Source: Nitrospirota bacterium
Lineage (GTDB): Bacteria; Nitrospirota; Thermodesulfovibrionia; Thermodesulfovibrionales; JdFR-88
Direction of reading: 5' to 3'
Assembly (NCBI GenBank): GCA_014874185.1
Contig: JACWAF010000033.1
Span: forward strand, 21,234 to 85,233
Length of the DNA stretch: 64,000 bases
Both the position numbers and the translations under genes were made by a program. Positions 36,516-45,048 of this stretch are shown here, piece after piece; within the stretch, counting starts at the first letter, position 1; every line of letters begins with the position of its first letter. The notes below the pieces were generated by a model that worked only from the letters and a program-made list of their open reading frames with translations, was not told where the DNA came from and searched no databases.

Positions 36516-38764
36516 CCCTTTCGGGAAATCCTTTCTCCGGCCTCAAGCAGCATCCCGGCCAGCCGCATTGCCCCTGCCTTGTGCAAGGGCCTGTTCGCGT
36601 TGCCGCACTGGGGGTCCTGCACGCAGGATGGGCAGCCCTCTTCACACGGGCACTCGGTCATGATGGCAAGCGATGCGCCGAGCCATTTCGAAAGCAACTC
36701 ATAGGGCTTCCATGTAAGCCCTATGCCGCCCTCCACGCCGTCATAGAAGAAGATGGCGCTCCCCCCGAAAGACGGATAGAAAGGATAGCTTATCCCGCCT
36801 ATGTCCATCTTGTCGCACATGGAAAAGAGCGGCATGGCCGATATGGCGGCGTGCTCGAAGGCATGCAATGAGCCGCCAAGGTCTGTCTGCTCAAGCTCCT
36901 TTACGATTCCATCCGCCAGCCTCATCCAGACCCCTTTCGTGCTGAAGACGTATTCGGGCAGTTCCAAGGGGTGCACGGAATATCTTTTGCCGTCATGGAG
37001 GCCCCTCTTCTCAAACCCGGTTACCCTGAAGCGAAGTCTGATGCTGCCTTTATGCAGGCTGAAGCCCTTAAAGTTTTCATGCGCGTTTTCATCGATTATC
37101 TCAGCGTTCTGCTCGGACAGGGCCCTTGTAAAATATTCAGCCCCGGTCTCCTCGCAAAAGACCTTCCTGTCCGCATAATCGATCTCCCGCACCCTGTACT
37201 GCCTTCCCCTGTGCAGGTAGATGGCGCCTGGGAAGGCCTCCTTTAAAAGCCTCAGCCCGCCGGTCTCCCCTATCTTCGCGCCCTTTGCGATTATTGAACA
37301 GGCCTCGCCTATGGCCCTTATCCCGGCGTCCCTGTGGGGTGTCCTTCCGGTGGAGAACCAGGTGCCGGGAATCCTCCCCGGGTTCAGTTTCCCTTCTCTT
37401 GCAAGCTCTTCAATGACCGGGTATATTATTTTCCGATCGTAGACCGGGTCGTCCTCTTTAAGGAAGACCTCTTTTGCGGCGCACGGGAGGTGCGCCTTCA
37501 GGATGGCCTCGTTGTCCTGGTCTGTTACGGCCGACTCGCTTGGTTTTCCGAAGAACTCTTCCGGGTGCCTGATGATGTACTGGTCCAGTGCATCGTTCAG
37601 CCCTATGAGCGCAACGATGCTCTCCTGCCCCTGCCTGCCCACCCGCCCGGCCCTCTGCCATGTGCTCGAGACCGAGCCCGGATAGCCTATCAATATGCAG
37701 ACGTCCAGGCCGCCGATGTCAACGCCCAGTTCCAGGGCCGAGGTGGAGACCACGCCAAGGAGTTCTCCATTGAATAGAGCCTGCTCTATCTCCCGCCTTT
37801 CAGAGGGCAGGAACCCCGCCCGATAGGGGCTTACAAGCCCGGCAAGATGCGGGGACTTGGCCAGCGCCCAGGAATAGACAAGCTCGGTTATCTTCCTGGA
37901 TTTGGTAAAAACGATCGTCCTCAGTCCCCGGTCAAGGCAATAGGTGAACAGGTTTACCCCCATCGTGTAAGGGCTTTCGTACTGCGGACTTATGAACAGG
38001 AAATGCTTTCCTCCGGAAGGGGCCCCGCTCCGCTCGACCAGATCGAAGGGAAGCCCTGTCAGGTTTCGGGCCAACTCCGCTGGGTTGGCGATAGTGGCGG
38101 AGCATGTTATGAACTGAGGATTCGCGCCCCATCTCAGGGCTATGCGCCTCAGCCTTCGTATGACCTGTGCCACGTTTGAGCCGAATACCCCCCTGTAGGC
38201 GTGGATCTCATCGAGCACTACAAATTTCAGGTTTCTGAAGAACGCCTCCCACTTTGGGTGGAACGCGTTTATAGCCAGGTGCAGCATGTCAGGGTTGGTG
38301 AATATCACATCCGGCAGATTTTCCCTGATCTTCTTTCTTCTGTACGGGGTGGTGTCGCCGTCGTAGACGGCCCCGCCGGAAAGCCCGAGCGGGCCGGCCA
38401 GCGAATTCAAAGCGCCAAGCTGGTCCTGCTCCAGCCCCTTCATGGGCGAGATATAGAGGGCCTTCGAGCCGGGCGCTTTCAGAAGCATCTCCAGTATGGG
38501 GATATTGTAAATTAGGCTTTTGCCGCTTGCCGTGGGGGTCATCACGACCAGATTGCGGCCCGCCCTTATCAGCCGCAGGGCCTCCGCCTGATGAGAGAAG
38601 AGGCGCTCAATCCCGTTTTCCCTCAGCAGCCTTGAAAGCTCCGGGACGAGTTCGATTTCGGCCCATTCGGCCGGTTTTGGCGGAATGTATTTTTCAAAGG
38701 AAAGCTCGCCCTCCCGAAGGACCCCGCCTTTCAGCCCGGCGAGAAGTTCTTCTGTTTTTTTCAC
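36512..38764 (-). CDS. DEAD/DEAH-box helicase with C-terminal DUF1998 zinc domain (MrfA/YprA family)
   Basis: Walker A TPTASGKS, DEIH box VVLDEIHAYRG, QRAGRVGRQG motif VI, C-terminal C.CEEGCPSCV..PQCGN. The start is set at GTG 38764, a GTGA overlap with the upstream subunit IV stop. The longer ORF to 38977 would overlap that gene by 217 nt. Confidence 0.85.
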   Translation of the reverse strand: MKKTEELLAGLKGGVLREGELSFEKYIPPKPAEWAEIELVPELSRLLRENGIERLFSHQAEALRLIRAGRNLVVMTPTASGKSLIYNIPILEMLLKAPGSKALYISPMKGLEQDQLGALNSLAGPLGLSGGAVYDGDTTPYRRKKIRENLPDVIFTNPDMLHLAINAFHPKWEAFFRNLKFVVLDEIHAYRGVFGSNVAQVIRRLRRIALRWGANPQFITCSATIANPAELARNLTGLPFDLVERSGAPSGGKHFLFISPQYESPYTMGVNLFTYCLDRGLRTIVFTKSRKITELVYSWALAKSPHLAGLVSPYRAGFLPSERREIEQALFNGELLGVVSTSALELGVDIGGLDVCILIGYPGSVSSTWQRAGRVGRQGQESIVALIGLNDALDQYIIRHPEEFFGKPSESAVTDQDNEAILKAHLPCAAKEVFLKEDDPVYDRKIIYPVIEELAREGKLNPGRIPGTWFSTGRTPHRDAGIRAIGEACSIIAKGAKIGETGGLRLLKEAFPGAIYLHRGRQYRVREIDYADRKVFCEETGAEYFTRALSEQNAEIIDENAHENFKGFSLHKGSIRLRFRVTGFEKRGLHDGKRYSVHPLELPEYVFSTKGVWMRLADGIVKELEQTDLGGSLHAFEHAAISAMPLFSMCDKMDIGGISYPFYPSFGGSAIFFYDGVEGGIGLTWKPYELLSKWLGASLAIMTECPCEEGCPSCVQDPQCGNANRPLHKAGAMRLAGMLLEAGERISRKG

Positions 38765-39135
38765 AGGTTGAAGACGGAGAGTATGCTGAGGGTTACCGCG
38801 CTTGCAAGCAGAAAGAGGCCGGCCACCACCGCGATCTTCCTTCCCCTTCCATCCTTGTCCATATACGGTATGAAGACCAGCAGCGAGATGAACACAAGGG
38901 GCATTATAACCGTTCCGAAGAAGGTCCATCGGCCGGGAAAATACCTCAGGAGCTGATAGAGCCAGAGGAAGTACCATTCCGGCTTCGGCGTGAAGCGCGA
39001 GACGAAATCTATCGCCTGCCCGGCCCGCGGCGGAAAAAGGAGCGCCACGGCCAGAAGCAGCTCGAAGGCTATAAAGGCGCTTGCAGCCACATAGGGCAGG
39101 TATTCCGGGTACAGCCGCATTTTCTTTTTTGCCAT
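38761..39135 (-). CDS. Cytochrome b6f subunit IV-like protein (cytochrome b C-terminal domain), bc-complex copy 2
   Basis: 124 aa with three TM helices and a canonical Qo motif, TPKPEWYFLWLYQ. Confidence 0.85.
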   Translation of the reverse strand: MAKKKMRLYPEYLPYVAASAFIAFELLLAVALLFPPRAGQAIDFVSRFTPKPEWYFLWLYQLLRYFPGRWTFFGTVIMPLVFISLLVFIPYMDKDGRGRKIAVVAGLFLLASAVTLSILSVFNL

Positions 39136-39136
39136 A

Positions 39137-39787
39137 TCAGAGCCCCCCTGAAATCCCCTGCCTCTTCACCATATGAAAGTGCGCCCATAGCACCATGAAC
39201 ATGAAAACGGGTATCCAGAGGACGTGCAGGCTGTAAAACCTTATGAGCGTTGCACCCTGCACCTCGGCACCGCCACGGAGAAGCATGACTACAAACGGCC
39301 CGATGCCGGGCACTGTGCCGCCCATCGATGTGCCAACCACCGTGGCCCAGTATGCCTTCTGGTCCCACGGGAGCAGATATCCGGTAAATCCGGAGGCAAG
39401 CACCAGGACAAGGGTAAGCGAGCCGGCTATCCAGTTAAGCTCTCTTGGCGGCCTGTACGCCTTGTAAACGAAAACCCGGACAGTATGGAAGACGATGAAG
39501 ATTATCAGGATGGTTGCGGACCATTTATGCAGGCTTCTTATCAGCCAGCCCCCCCAGACGGCGTTGTTTATCTCAAGCACGCTCTTGTAGGCGTCCGTGG
39601 CGGAGGGCACATAATAGACCGAAAGCATCAGCCCGGTGACAACGGAGGTCATGAAGCAGACAAAAGCCATCCCGCCGAAGCAGTAGGAAAAGTTCAGCTT
39701 TACGGGGACCGACCTGGAGAGGAACCCCTTGTGAGGCTCCCTCAGCCTGAAGAGCCTGTCCAGTACGCGTACGATGAGGTCTATCAA
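39137..39787 (-). CDS. Cytochrome b6-like protein (cytochrome b N-terminal domain), bc-complex copy 2
   Basis: 216 aa. H-x13-H (HKWSATILIIFIVFH) and H-x14-H (HVLWIPVFMFMVLWAH). NFSYCFGG matches the FYCLGG Cys that binds heme ci in b6-type cytochromes. Confidence 0.9.
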   Translation of the reverse strand: MIDLIVRVLDRLFRLREPHKGFLSRSVPVKLNFSYCFGGMAFVCFMTSVVTGLMLSVYYVPSATDAYKSVLEINNAVWGGWLIRSLHKWSATILIIFIVFHTVRVFVYKAYRPPRELNWIAGSLTLVLVLASGFTGYLLPWDQKAYWATVVGTSMGGTVPGIGPFVVMLLRGGAEVQGATLIRFYSLHVLWIPVFMFMVLWAHFHMVKRQGISGGL

Positions 39788-40248
39788 GTCCTCACCCCGA
39801 TGTAGAAATCCCCGTTCACTATCTTATAGGGCAGGCGTGTAAGGGGCCTGGGGGCGGGGCCGCCGATTACCTTGCCCGTTATATCGAAAGCGCTCCCGTG
39901 GCAGGGGCAGTCGAATTCGTTCTTGAAGGGGTTCCAGCGCACCTGGCAGCCAAGATGGGTGCATGTGGGCGAGAGGGCGATAATCTTCCCGTTCGCGTTT
40001 GAGAGGTAGACCCTGAAGCTCTGGTCACGGAAGGTGAAATCCACTTTCTTGACCCCTCTGCGCGGGAGGGAGTACTCATCGAATACCCTGACGAACTCTA
40101 ACGCGCCTTCTTTTCCCGTGCTGAAAGGATAGAAATAAGGCAGGCCGGCAAGCCCTCCGAGTCCCAAAACCGCCAGAGAGGCCTTTACGAGAGCGGAAAG
40201 GAAATCCCTTCTGCCTTCATGGCCTTTATTCCTCTGTGTCCTCAACAT
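39784..40248 (-). CDS. Rieske [2Fe-2S] protein with Tat-like signal, bc-complex copy 2
   Basis: GRRDFLSALVKASLAV, CTHLGC...CPCHGS. 4-nt overlap with the b6-like gene. The start overlaps the ihfB 3' end by 23 nt. Confidence 0.9.
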   Translation of the reverse strand: MLRTQRNKGHEGRRDFLSALVKASLAVLGLGGLAGLPYFYPFSTGKEGALEFVRVFDEYSLPRRGVKKVDFTFRDQSFRVYLSNANGKIIALSPTCTHLGCQVRWNPFKNEFDCPCHGSAFDITGKVIGGPAPRPLTRLPYKIVNGDFYIGVRT

Positions 40249-40525
40249 CTATGTTCAGGGCCTCTTTAAGGGCCTTGCCCATTTTGAAGTGCAGGGCTAC
40301 TTTTCTGGGCACTTCAACGCTCTCGCCGGTCTTGGGGTTTCTGGCCTTGCGGGGCTTTCTCTCCCTGAGCCTGAAATTGCCGAACCCGCGGATCTCGATC
40401 TTTTCCCCTTTGGCCAGGGATTCCCGCATGCTGTCGAAGACGGTGTCTATTATCATCTCGGTCTGCTTAACCGTCAGTCCTTCCACCTTCTGAGCCACCT
40501 TCTCGATAAGGCCGGACTTCGTCAT
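40226..40525 (-). CDS. ihfB: Integration host factor beta subunit (HU/IHF family)
   Basis: 99 aa. MTKS.LIE..., GEKIEIRGFGNF, ARNPKTGE. Lies downstream of rpsA, as in many proteobacterial-type operons. Confidence 0.8.
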   Translation of the reverse strand: MTKSGLIEKVAQKVEGLTVKQTEMIIDTVFDSMRESLAKGEKIEIRGFGNFRLRERKPRKARNPKTGESVEVPRKVALHFKMGKALKEALNIDVEDTEE

Positions 40526-40537
40526 ATAAAATCCCTC

Positions 40538-41386
40538 CTATGGAGAAAAGAAGTATTTGAACCTTATTGCGGGAGAGGTGTCGGGCAGCGCGGTCTTGAC
40601 CTCCTGCCTCAGAAGATCGAATATCCCGCCTTTCTTTTTCTTGGTGACCAGGGTTGGCTCTCCTTTTATGCCCGCAAGCTTCTGGGCCAGCTTTATCGCG
40701 TCGTTCAGGTCCCCGAGCTGGTCAACAAGCCCGATCTCCATGGCCTGCCTTCCCGAGAAGATCCTGCCGTCCGCTATGGCCCTGACCTTTTCAACCGGCA
40801 GTTTCCTGCCCTCGGCCACGGCCGCTATGAACTGCTCGTGAACGTCGTCAAGGACCCCTTGCAGGATAGCGCGCTCCTCCGGGCTGATCTCCTTGAACAT
40901 GGAGGCTATGTCCTTGTTCTTGCCGCTCTTTATGACTTGCGCCTTTACCCCGATCTTGTCCATCAGGCCCTTTATGTTGGGTATCTCCATGATCACGCCG
41001 ATTGAGCCGGTGATGCTGCCCGGATTGGCAACGATCCTGGTCGCGGGGGCGGAGATATAATAGCCGCCGGAGGCCGCCATCGAGCCTACCGAGACGACTA
41101 TTATCTTTTTGGCCACGGCCTTCACCATCTCTTCATGGATCTCCTGCGAGGGGGCCACTCCCCCTCCGGGGCTGTCCACCCTTACCACTATGGCCTTTAT
41201 GGAAGGGTCCTTGACGTAATCCCGAAGGGTGTCTATCGTCTCGCGGGAGCTGTTGATGGTGCCCTCGATCCTGAGGACGGCGATCTTCTCTCCGCCGGGC
41301 AGCCTGTTTGACAAAAGCGCAATTATGGCGCTTATTACCAAGATCGACAGCAGGATGACAGCCAGCACAAAGCAGACCTTTTTCAT
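40538..41386 (-). CDS. sppA: Signal peptide peptidase SppA (36K type)
   Basis: N-terminal TM helix, VDSPGGGV, SMAASGGYYISAPA (catalytic Ser context), GSIGV. Confidence 0.85.
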   Translation of the reverse strand: MKKVCFVLAVILLSILVISAIIALLSNRLPGGEKIAVLRIEGTINSSRETIDTLRDYVKDPSIKAIVVRVDSPGGGVAPSQEIHEEMVKAVAKKIIVVSVGSMAASGGYYISAPATRIVANPGSITGSIGVIMEIPNIKGLMDKIGVKAQVIKSGKNKDIASMFKEISPEERAILQGVLDDVHEQFIAAVAEGRKLPVEKVRAIADGRIFSGRQAMEIGLVDQLGDLNDAIKLAQKLAGIKGEPTLVTKKKKGGIFDLLRQEVKTALPDTSPAIRFKYFFSP

Positions 41387-42958
41387 CTAGGAGCCGGCTG
41401 CCGCCTTCACGTTCTTCATGCTTAGCCCTATCTTCCGGTTATCGAGGTCTATCTTTATTATTCTGGCCCAAAGCTCTTCGCCTTCCTGCACGGGCTCTTC
41501 CCGCCTCAGCGCCTCGGAGGCATAGATAAGCCCTTCCACTTCGCCGGGCATCTCCACGAATATCCCGAAATCGGTCTGCCTCAGCGCACGGCATTTTACC
41601 TCGTCTCCCAGGTGGAAGGTGCGGGGTATCTCTTCTATCCAGGGGTCTTCCTTCAGCTGCTTGAGCCCGAGGGCTATCCTCTCTTTTTCCGGCTCCACGC
41701 TGAGCACTACCGCGTCTACCTTCTGCCCTTTTTTGAGGACCTCGGAAGGGTGCTTTATGTGTCTTGTCCAGGAGATATCGGATATATGGATCAGGCCGTC
41801 AACACCCTCGGGAAGCCCCACGAAGGCCCCGAACTCGGTCACGCTCTTCACCTTGCCCGATATCGTCATGCCCGGCTTGTAGTTTTCCGACACCATCTGC
41901 CACGGGGAGAGCTTCAACTGCTTCATGCTCAGTGACAGCCGTCTCTCGTCCCTGTCCGCCTTGAGGACGAGCGCCTCCACCTCGTCGCCCACCGAGACGT
42001 ATTTGGAGGGGTGCTTGGGTTTGGGGGCCCAGTCCATCTCGGAGACGTGCACAAGCCCTTCAAGTCCTTCTTCCACCTTGACGAATGCGCCGTAATCGGT
42101 GATGCTCACGACCTTGCCGCTGACCTTCATCCCGGCCGGGTATTTCTGGTCCACATTGCTCCACGGGTCGGGCATCTTCTGCTTGTATCCCAGGGTGACC
42201 TTCTCGGTAGCCGGATCGTACTTGAGGACCAGCACCTCCACTTCCTGGCCCACGGAGAGCATCTCGGAGGGATGTGATATCCTGCCCCAGGACATGTCCG
42301 AGATATGGAGGAGGCCGTCTATCCCGCCCAGGTCTATGAAGGCGCCATAGTCCGTGATGTTCTTGACCGCGCCTTTCATTATCGCGCCCTCGTGCAGGAA
42401 CTGGAGCGTCTCGGATTTTTTCTTCTGCCGTTCCTCATCCACGTAGCTCTTCCTGGAGACCACGAGGGTGGTGCGTTTATTGTTCACTTTAAGTATCTTG
42501 AATGTGAGCTTTTTGCCGAGGAGCGCCTCCAGCTCATTGGCCTTGGCCCCTATATGCGAGCCGGGCAGGAAGGCCTTTACGCCGTAGATGTCAACGAAGA
42601 GGCCGCCTTTGGTCTTCGAAAGAATAGTGCCCTCCACGGGCTCTTCCTTTCCCATCGCCTCTTCGATCTGCTCCCAGGCCTTCATCCTGACGGCCTTGCG
42701 CCTGGAGAGCACGACCATTCCCTCGGCATCGGATATGTGCTGGACATAGACTTCGAGGACATCGCCAAGCTTAAGTTCGGCCAGTTCCTCTTCGGTGAAT
42801 TCCTCCCGGGGCACGAATCCCTCGGATTTGTATCCGACATCGACCACGACCCCGGTTTCCTTTACTGAGATGACCCTGCCATTGATCAGCGTGCCGGCTT
42901 CAATCTCATGGAAAGACTCCTCGTAAAGCCTTTCTAGTTCGTTTTCGTTCATTTCCAT
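41387..42958 (-). CDS. rpsA: 30S ribosomal protein S1
   Basis: 523 aa with repeated S1 domains (G.V..I...GAFV.L..G..GL.H.S). Confidence 0.93.
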   Translation of the reverse strand: MEMNENELERLYEESFHEIEAGTLINGRVISVKETGVVVDVGYKSEGFVPREEFTEEELAELKLGDVLEVYVQHISDAEGMVVLSRRKAVRMKAWEQIEEAMGKEEPVEGTILSKTKGGLFVDIYGVKAFLPGSHIGAKANELEALLGKKLTFKILKVNNKRTTLVVSRKSYVDEERQKKKSETLQFLHEGAIMKGAVKNITDYGAFIDLGGIDGLLHISDMSWGRISHPSEMLSVGQEVEVLVLKYDPATEKVTLGYKQKMPDPWSNVDQKYPAGMKVSGKVVSITDYGAFVKVEEGLEGLVHVSEMDWAPKPKHPSKYVSVGDEVEALVLKADRDERRLSLSMKQLKLSPWQMVSENYKPGMTISGKVKSVTEFGAFVGLPEGVDGLIHISDISWTRHIKHPSEVLKKGQKVDAVVLSVEPEKERIALGLKQLKEDPWIEEIPRTFHLGDEVKCRALRQTDFGIFVEMPGEVEGLIYASEALRREEPVQEGEELWARIIKIDLDNRKIGLSMKNVKAAAGS

Positions 42959-43806
42959 TTGTTTTTACTTCCTCCCATTTCCTTTAATGCATTTTCTACT
43001 TCTTTTATGATCCAGTCGGGGGTCGATGCCCCGGCGGTCAGTCCTATTTTCTCCACCTTTTCAAACCATTCCTCTTTCAGTTCCCCTGCGGTCTCTATAT
43101 GATATGTCCTGACGGAAAGAGACTCGCAGAGCCTGGCAAGCTGGGTTGTGTTGGCGCTGTTGCGGCCCCCAACGACCACCATGGCGTCCGCCCCGCGCGC
43201 GACCTCCTCGGTCTCCTTGAGCCTCAGGGCGGTGGAACTGCATATCGTATTATAAACTTTCATTTCCTTCGTGTGTTCAACTATTCTGGAGACGAGCTTT
43301 TTCAGGGCTTCGACAGGCTGGGTGGTCTGCACTACTATGCCGGCCTTGGACTTTATCTGCGGCAGTTCCTGGTCTCCCCTGACCACCGCGACGCCTTTGC
43401 CGGCATAACTCATCAACCCTTTTACTTCGGGGTGTTCCATGTCCCCCAATATAATTACCTGGCAGCCTTCTTCCTTAAGAAGTTTAGCATAATGCTGGGC
43501 CTTTTTTACATAAGGGCAGGTGAGGTCTATGAGCTCGAAGCCCTCTTTTACAAGCCTCTGCATCTCCTCCATCGGGATGCCGTGGGTGCGCACTATCACG
43601 GTGCCCGCTTTCCTGTCCTTCAGCTCGCCGATGCTGTTTGCAACGCCCACGCCTTCACGCTCCAGGGCCTCTATCACCTGAGGGTTGTGTATTATGGGGC
43701 CAAGGGTATAGACGCCCTTCCGGTTTCTCGCCGTCTCAAAGGCCATGTCTATTGCCCTTTTCACGCCGAAGCAGAACCCGGCCTTATTGCCCACCACCAC
43801 CTTCAA
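42949..43806 (-). CDS. ispH: 4-hydroxy-3-methylbut-2-enyl diphosphate reductase
   Basis: GFCFGVKRAI, GPIIHNPQV, CPYV, NTIC and SANT motifs. Confidence 0.93.
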   Translation of the reverse strand: MKVVVGNKAGFCFGVKRAIDMAFETARNRKGVYTLGPIIHNPQVIEALEREGVGVANSIGELKDRKAGTVIVRTHGIPMEEMQRLVKEGFELIDLTCPYVKKAQHYAKLLKEEGCQVIILGDMEHPEVKGLMSYAGKGVAVVRGDQELPQIKSKAGIVVQTTQPVEALKKLVSRIVEHTKEMKVYNTICSSTALRLKETEEVARGADAMVVVGGRNSANTTQLARLCESLSVRTYHIETAGELKEEWFEKVEKIGLTAGASTPDWIIKEVENALKEMGGSKNKWK

Positions 43807-44396
43807 TTTTTCAGTCTCCTTAAAGCATCAAGCACCACGGGCGCAATCTCTTTTTCATGGTAATCACTTTTATAAATCAATGGCGGCCCGAAGCGGACCC
43901 TCACTTTTACCGGCTTTGGAATTTTCTTGCCCACGGGCAGCGACCTTCCCGTCCCGTCAAGATAGGCCGGCAGGATGGCTGCCTTTGAAAGCCGGGCTAT
44001 AAGCTCCACCCCGCCCCTTATCTCCTCCGTGCCGTCACCCTCCGCGGCCCTTTGGCCTCCGGGGAATATCGCTATGGCCTCCCCGGCGCAGAGCCTCCGC
44101 ACGGTCTCTTTTATCACGTTATGGGATGTCTTTCCCCTGTTCACCGGGAATGAAAAACTGCCCACGAACCTGCCCACGCCAAGCGGGGCGGCGAACAGCG
44201 ATTCTTTTGCCATATAGGTCATCCTGCGCGTCATTGCCACCCCAAGGAGGGGCGGGTCCAGGTAGCTTGCGTGGTTGGCCACCACTATCAGCCCGCCGCT
44301 TTGGGGGATGTGCTCACGCCCTTCCACTTCAAGCCTGTTCCAAATCTTGAAATAGAGGCAGAAAAAATCCCTGAATACATAATAACAGTTTTTCAA
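43803..44396 (-). CDS. plsC: 1-acyl-sn-glycerol-3-phosphate acyltransferase
   Basis: VANHASYLDP (H-x4-D) and IFPGG motifs. 4-nt overlaps on both sides. Confidence 0.8.
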   Translation of the reverse strand: MKNCYYVFRDFFCLYFKIWNRLEVEGREHIPQSGGLIVVANHASYLDPPLLGVAMTRRMTYMAKESLFAAPLGVGRFVGSFSFPVNRGKTSHNVIKETVRRLCAGEAIAIFPGGQRAAEGDGTEEIRGGVELIARLSKAAILPAYLDGTGRSLPVGKKIPKPVKVRVRFGPPLIYKSDYHEKEIAPVVLDALRRLKN

Positions 44397-45043
44397 TCGC
44401 CGATTGCTTTAAGTATTTTTTCGACCACCTCTTCCGGGGAGAGGCTGGTGGAATCAATATATATCGCGTCCGGGCTCTTGCTTAGAGGCGCGATCTCGCG
44501 CGAGGAATCCCGCCTGTCCCGCTTCAACACGTCCTCAAGCGCGTCAGCCTCTGTCATCGGATTCGGGCTGTCCTTCATCTGCTCGTATCTTCTCCTGGCG
44601 CGCTCTTTGGCCGAGGCATCAAGATATATCTTTTCCCAGGCGCCAGGGAATACAACCGTTGTCATGTCCCTGCCTTCCGCCACCAGGTTGTGTCCTTCAC
44701 CCAGCTTCCTTTGAATAGGGAAGAGGAAATCCCGCACCGGTTTCCTCGCGGAGAATACGGAGGAATAGTGCCCGGCCTCCTTGGTCCTTATCTCAGCCGA
44801 TACATCCCTGCCGTTCAGATAGACCCTGCCATCTTTAAAATCCACTGACACGCTTTTTAGTGTTTCGAGGATATTTTCATCGCTTTCGTCCGGGCCGATG
44901 CCCTTCTGCACCAGATACAGGGCCACGGCCCTGTATAACGCGCCGGTGTCCAGGTATTCGAAGCCGAGCCTCCTGGCGAGCATCCGGGCCACCGTGCCCT
45001 TTCCCGCCCCGGAGGGCCCATCTATGGCGATGACCTTACCCAA
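44393..45043 (-). CDS. cmk: Cytidylate kinase
   Basis: IAIDGPSGAGKGT P-loop, YLDTGALYRA, and position upstream of rpsA. Confidence 0.93.
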   Translation of the reverse strand: MGKVIAIDGPSGAGKGTVARMLARRLGFEYLDTGALYRAVALYLVQKGIGPDESDENILETLKSVSVDFKDGRVYLNGRDVSAEIRTKEAGHYSSVFSARKPVRDFLFPIQRKLGEGHNLVAEGRDMTTVVFPGAWEKIYLDASAKERARRRYEQMKDSPNPMTEADALEDVLKRDRRDSSREIAPLSKSPDAIYIDSTSLSPEEVVEKILKAIGD

Positions 45044-45048
45044 TTTTT

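Noticed and set aside
36512-38977. Helicase + DUF1998 as part of a DISARM-like or other defence system
   Set aside because: The helicase and DUF1998 are fused in one ~750-aa protein, as in the MrfA/YprA repair helicase family. No methylase, PLD-nuclease or other defence partners flank it, and its neighbours are housekeeping or respiratory genes.
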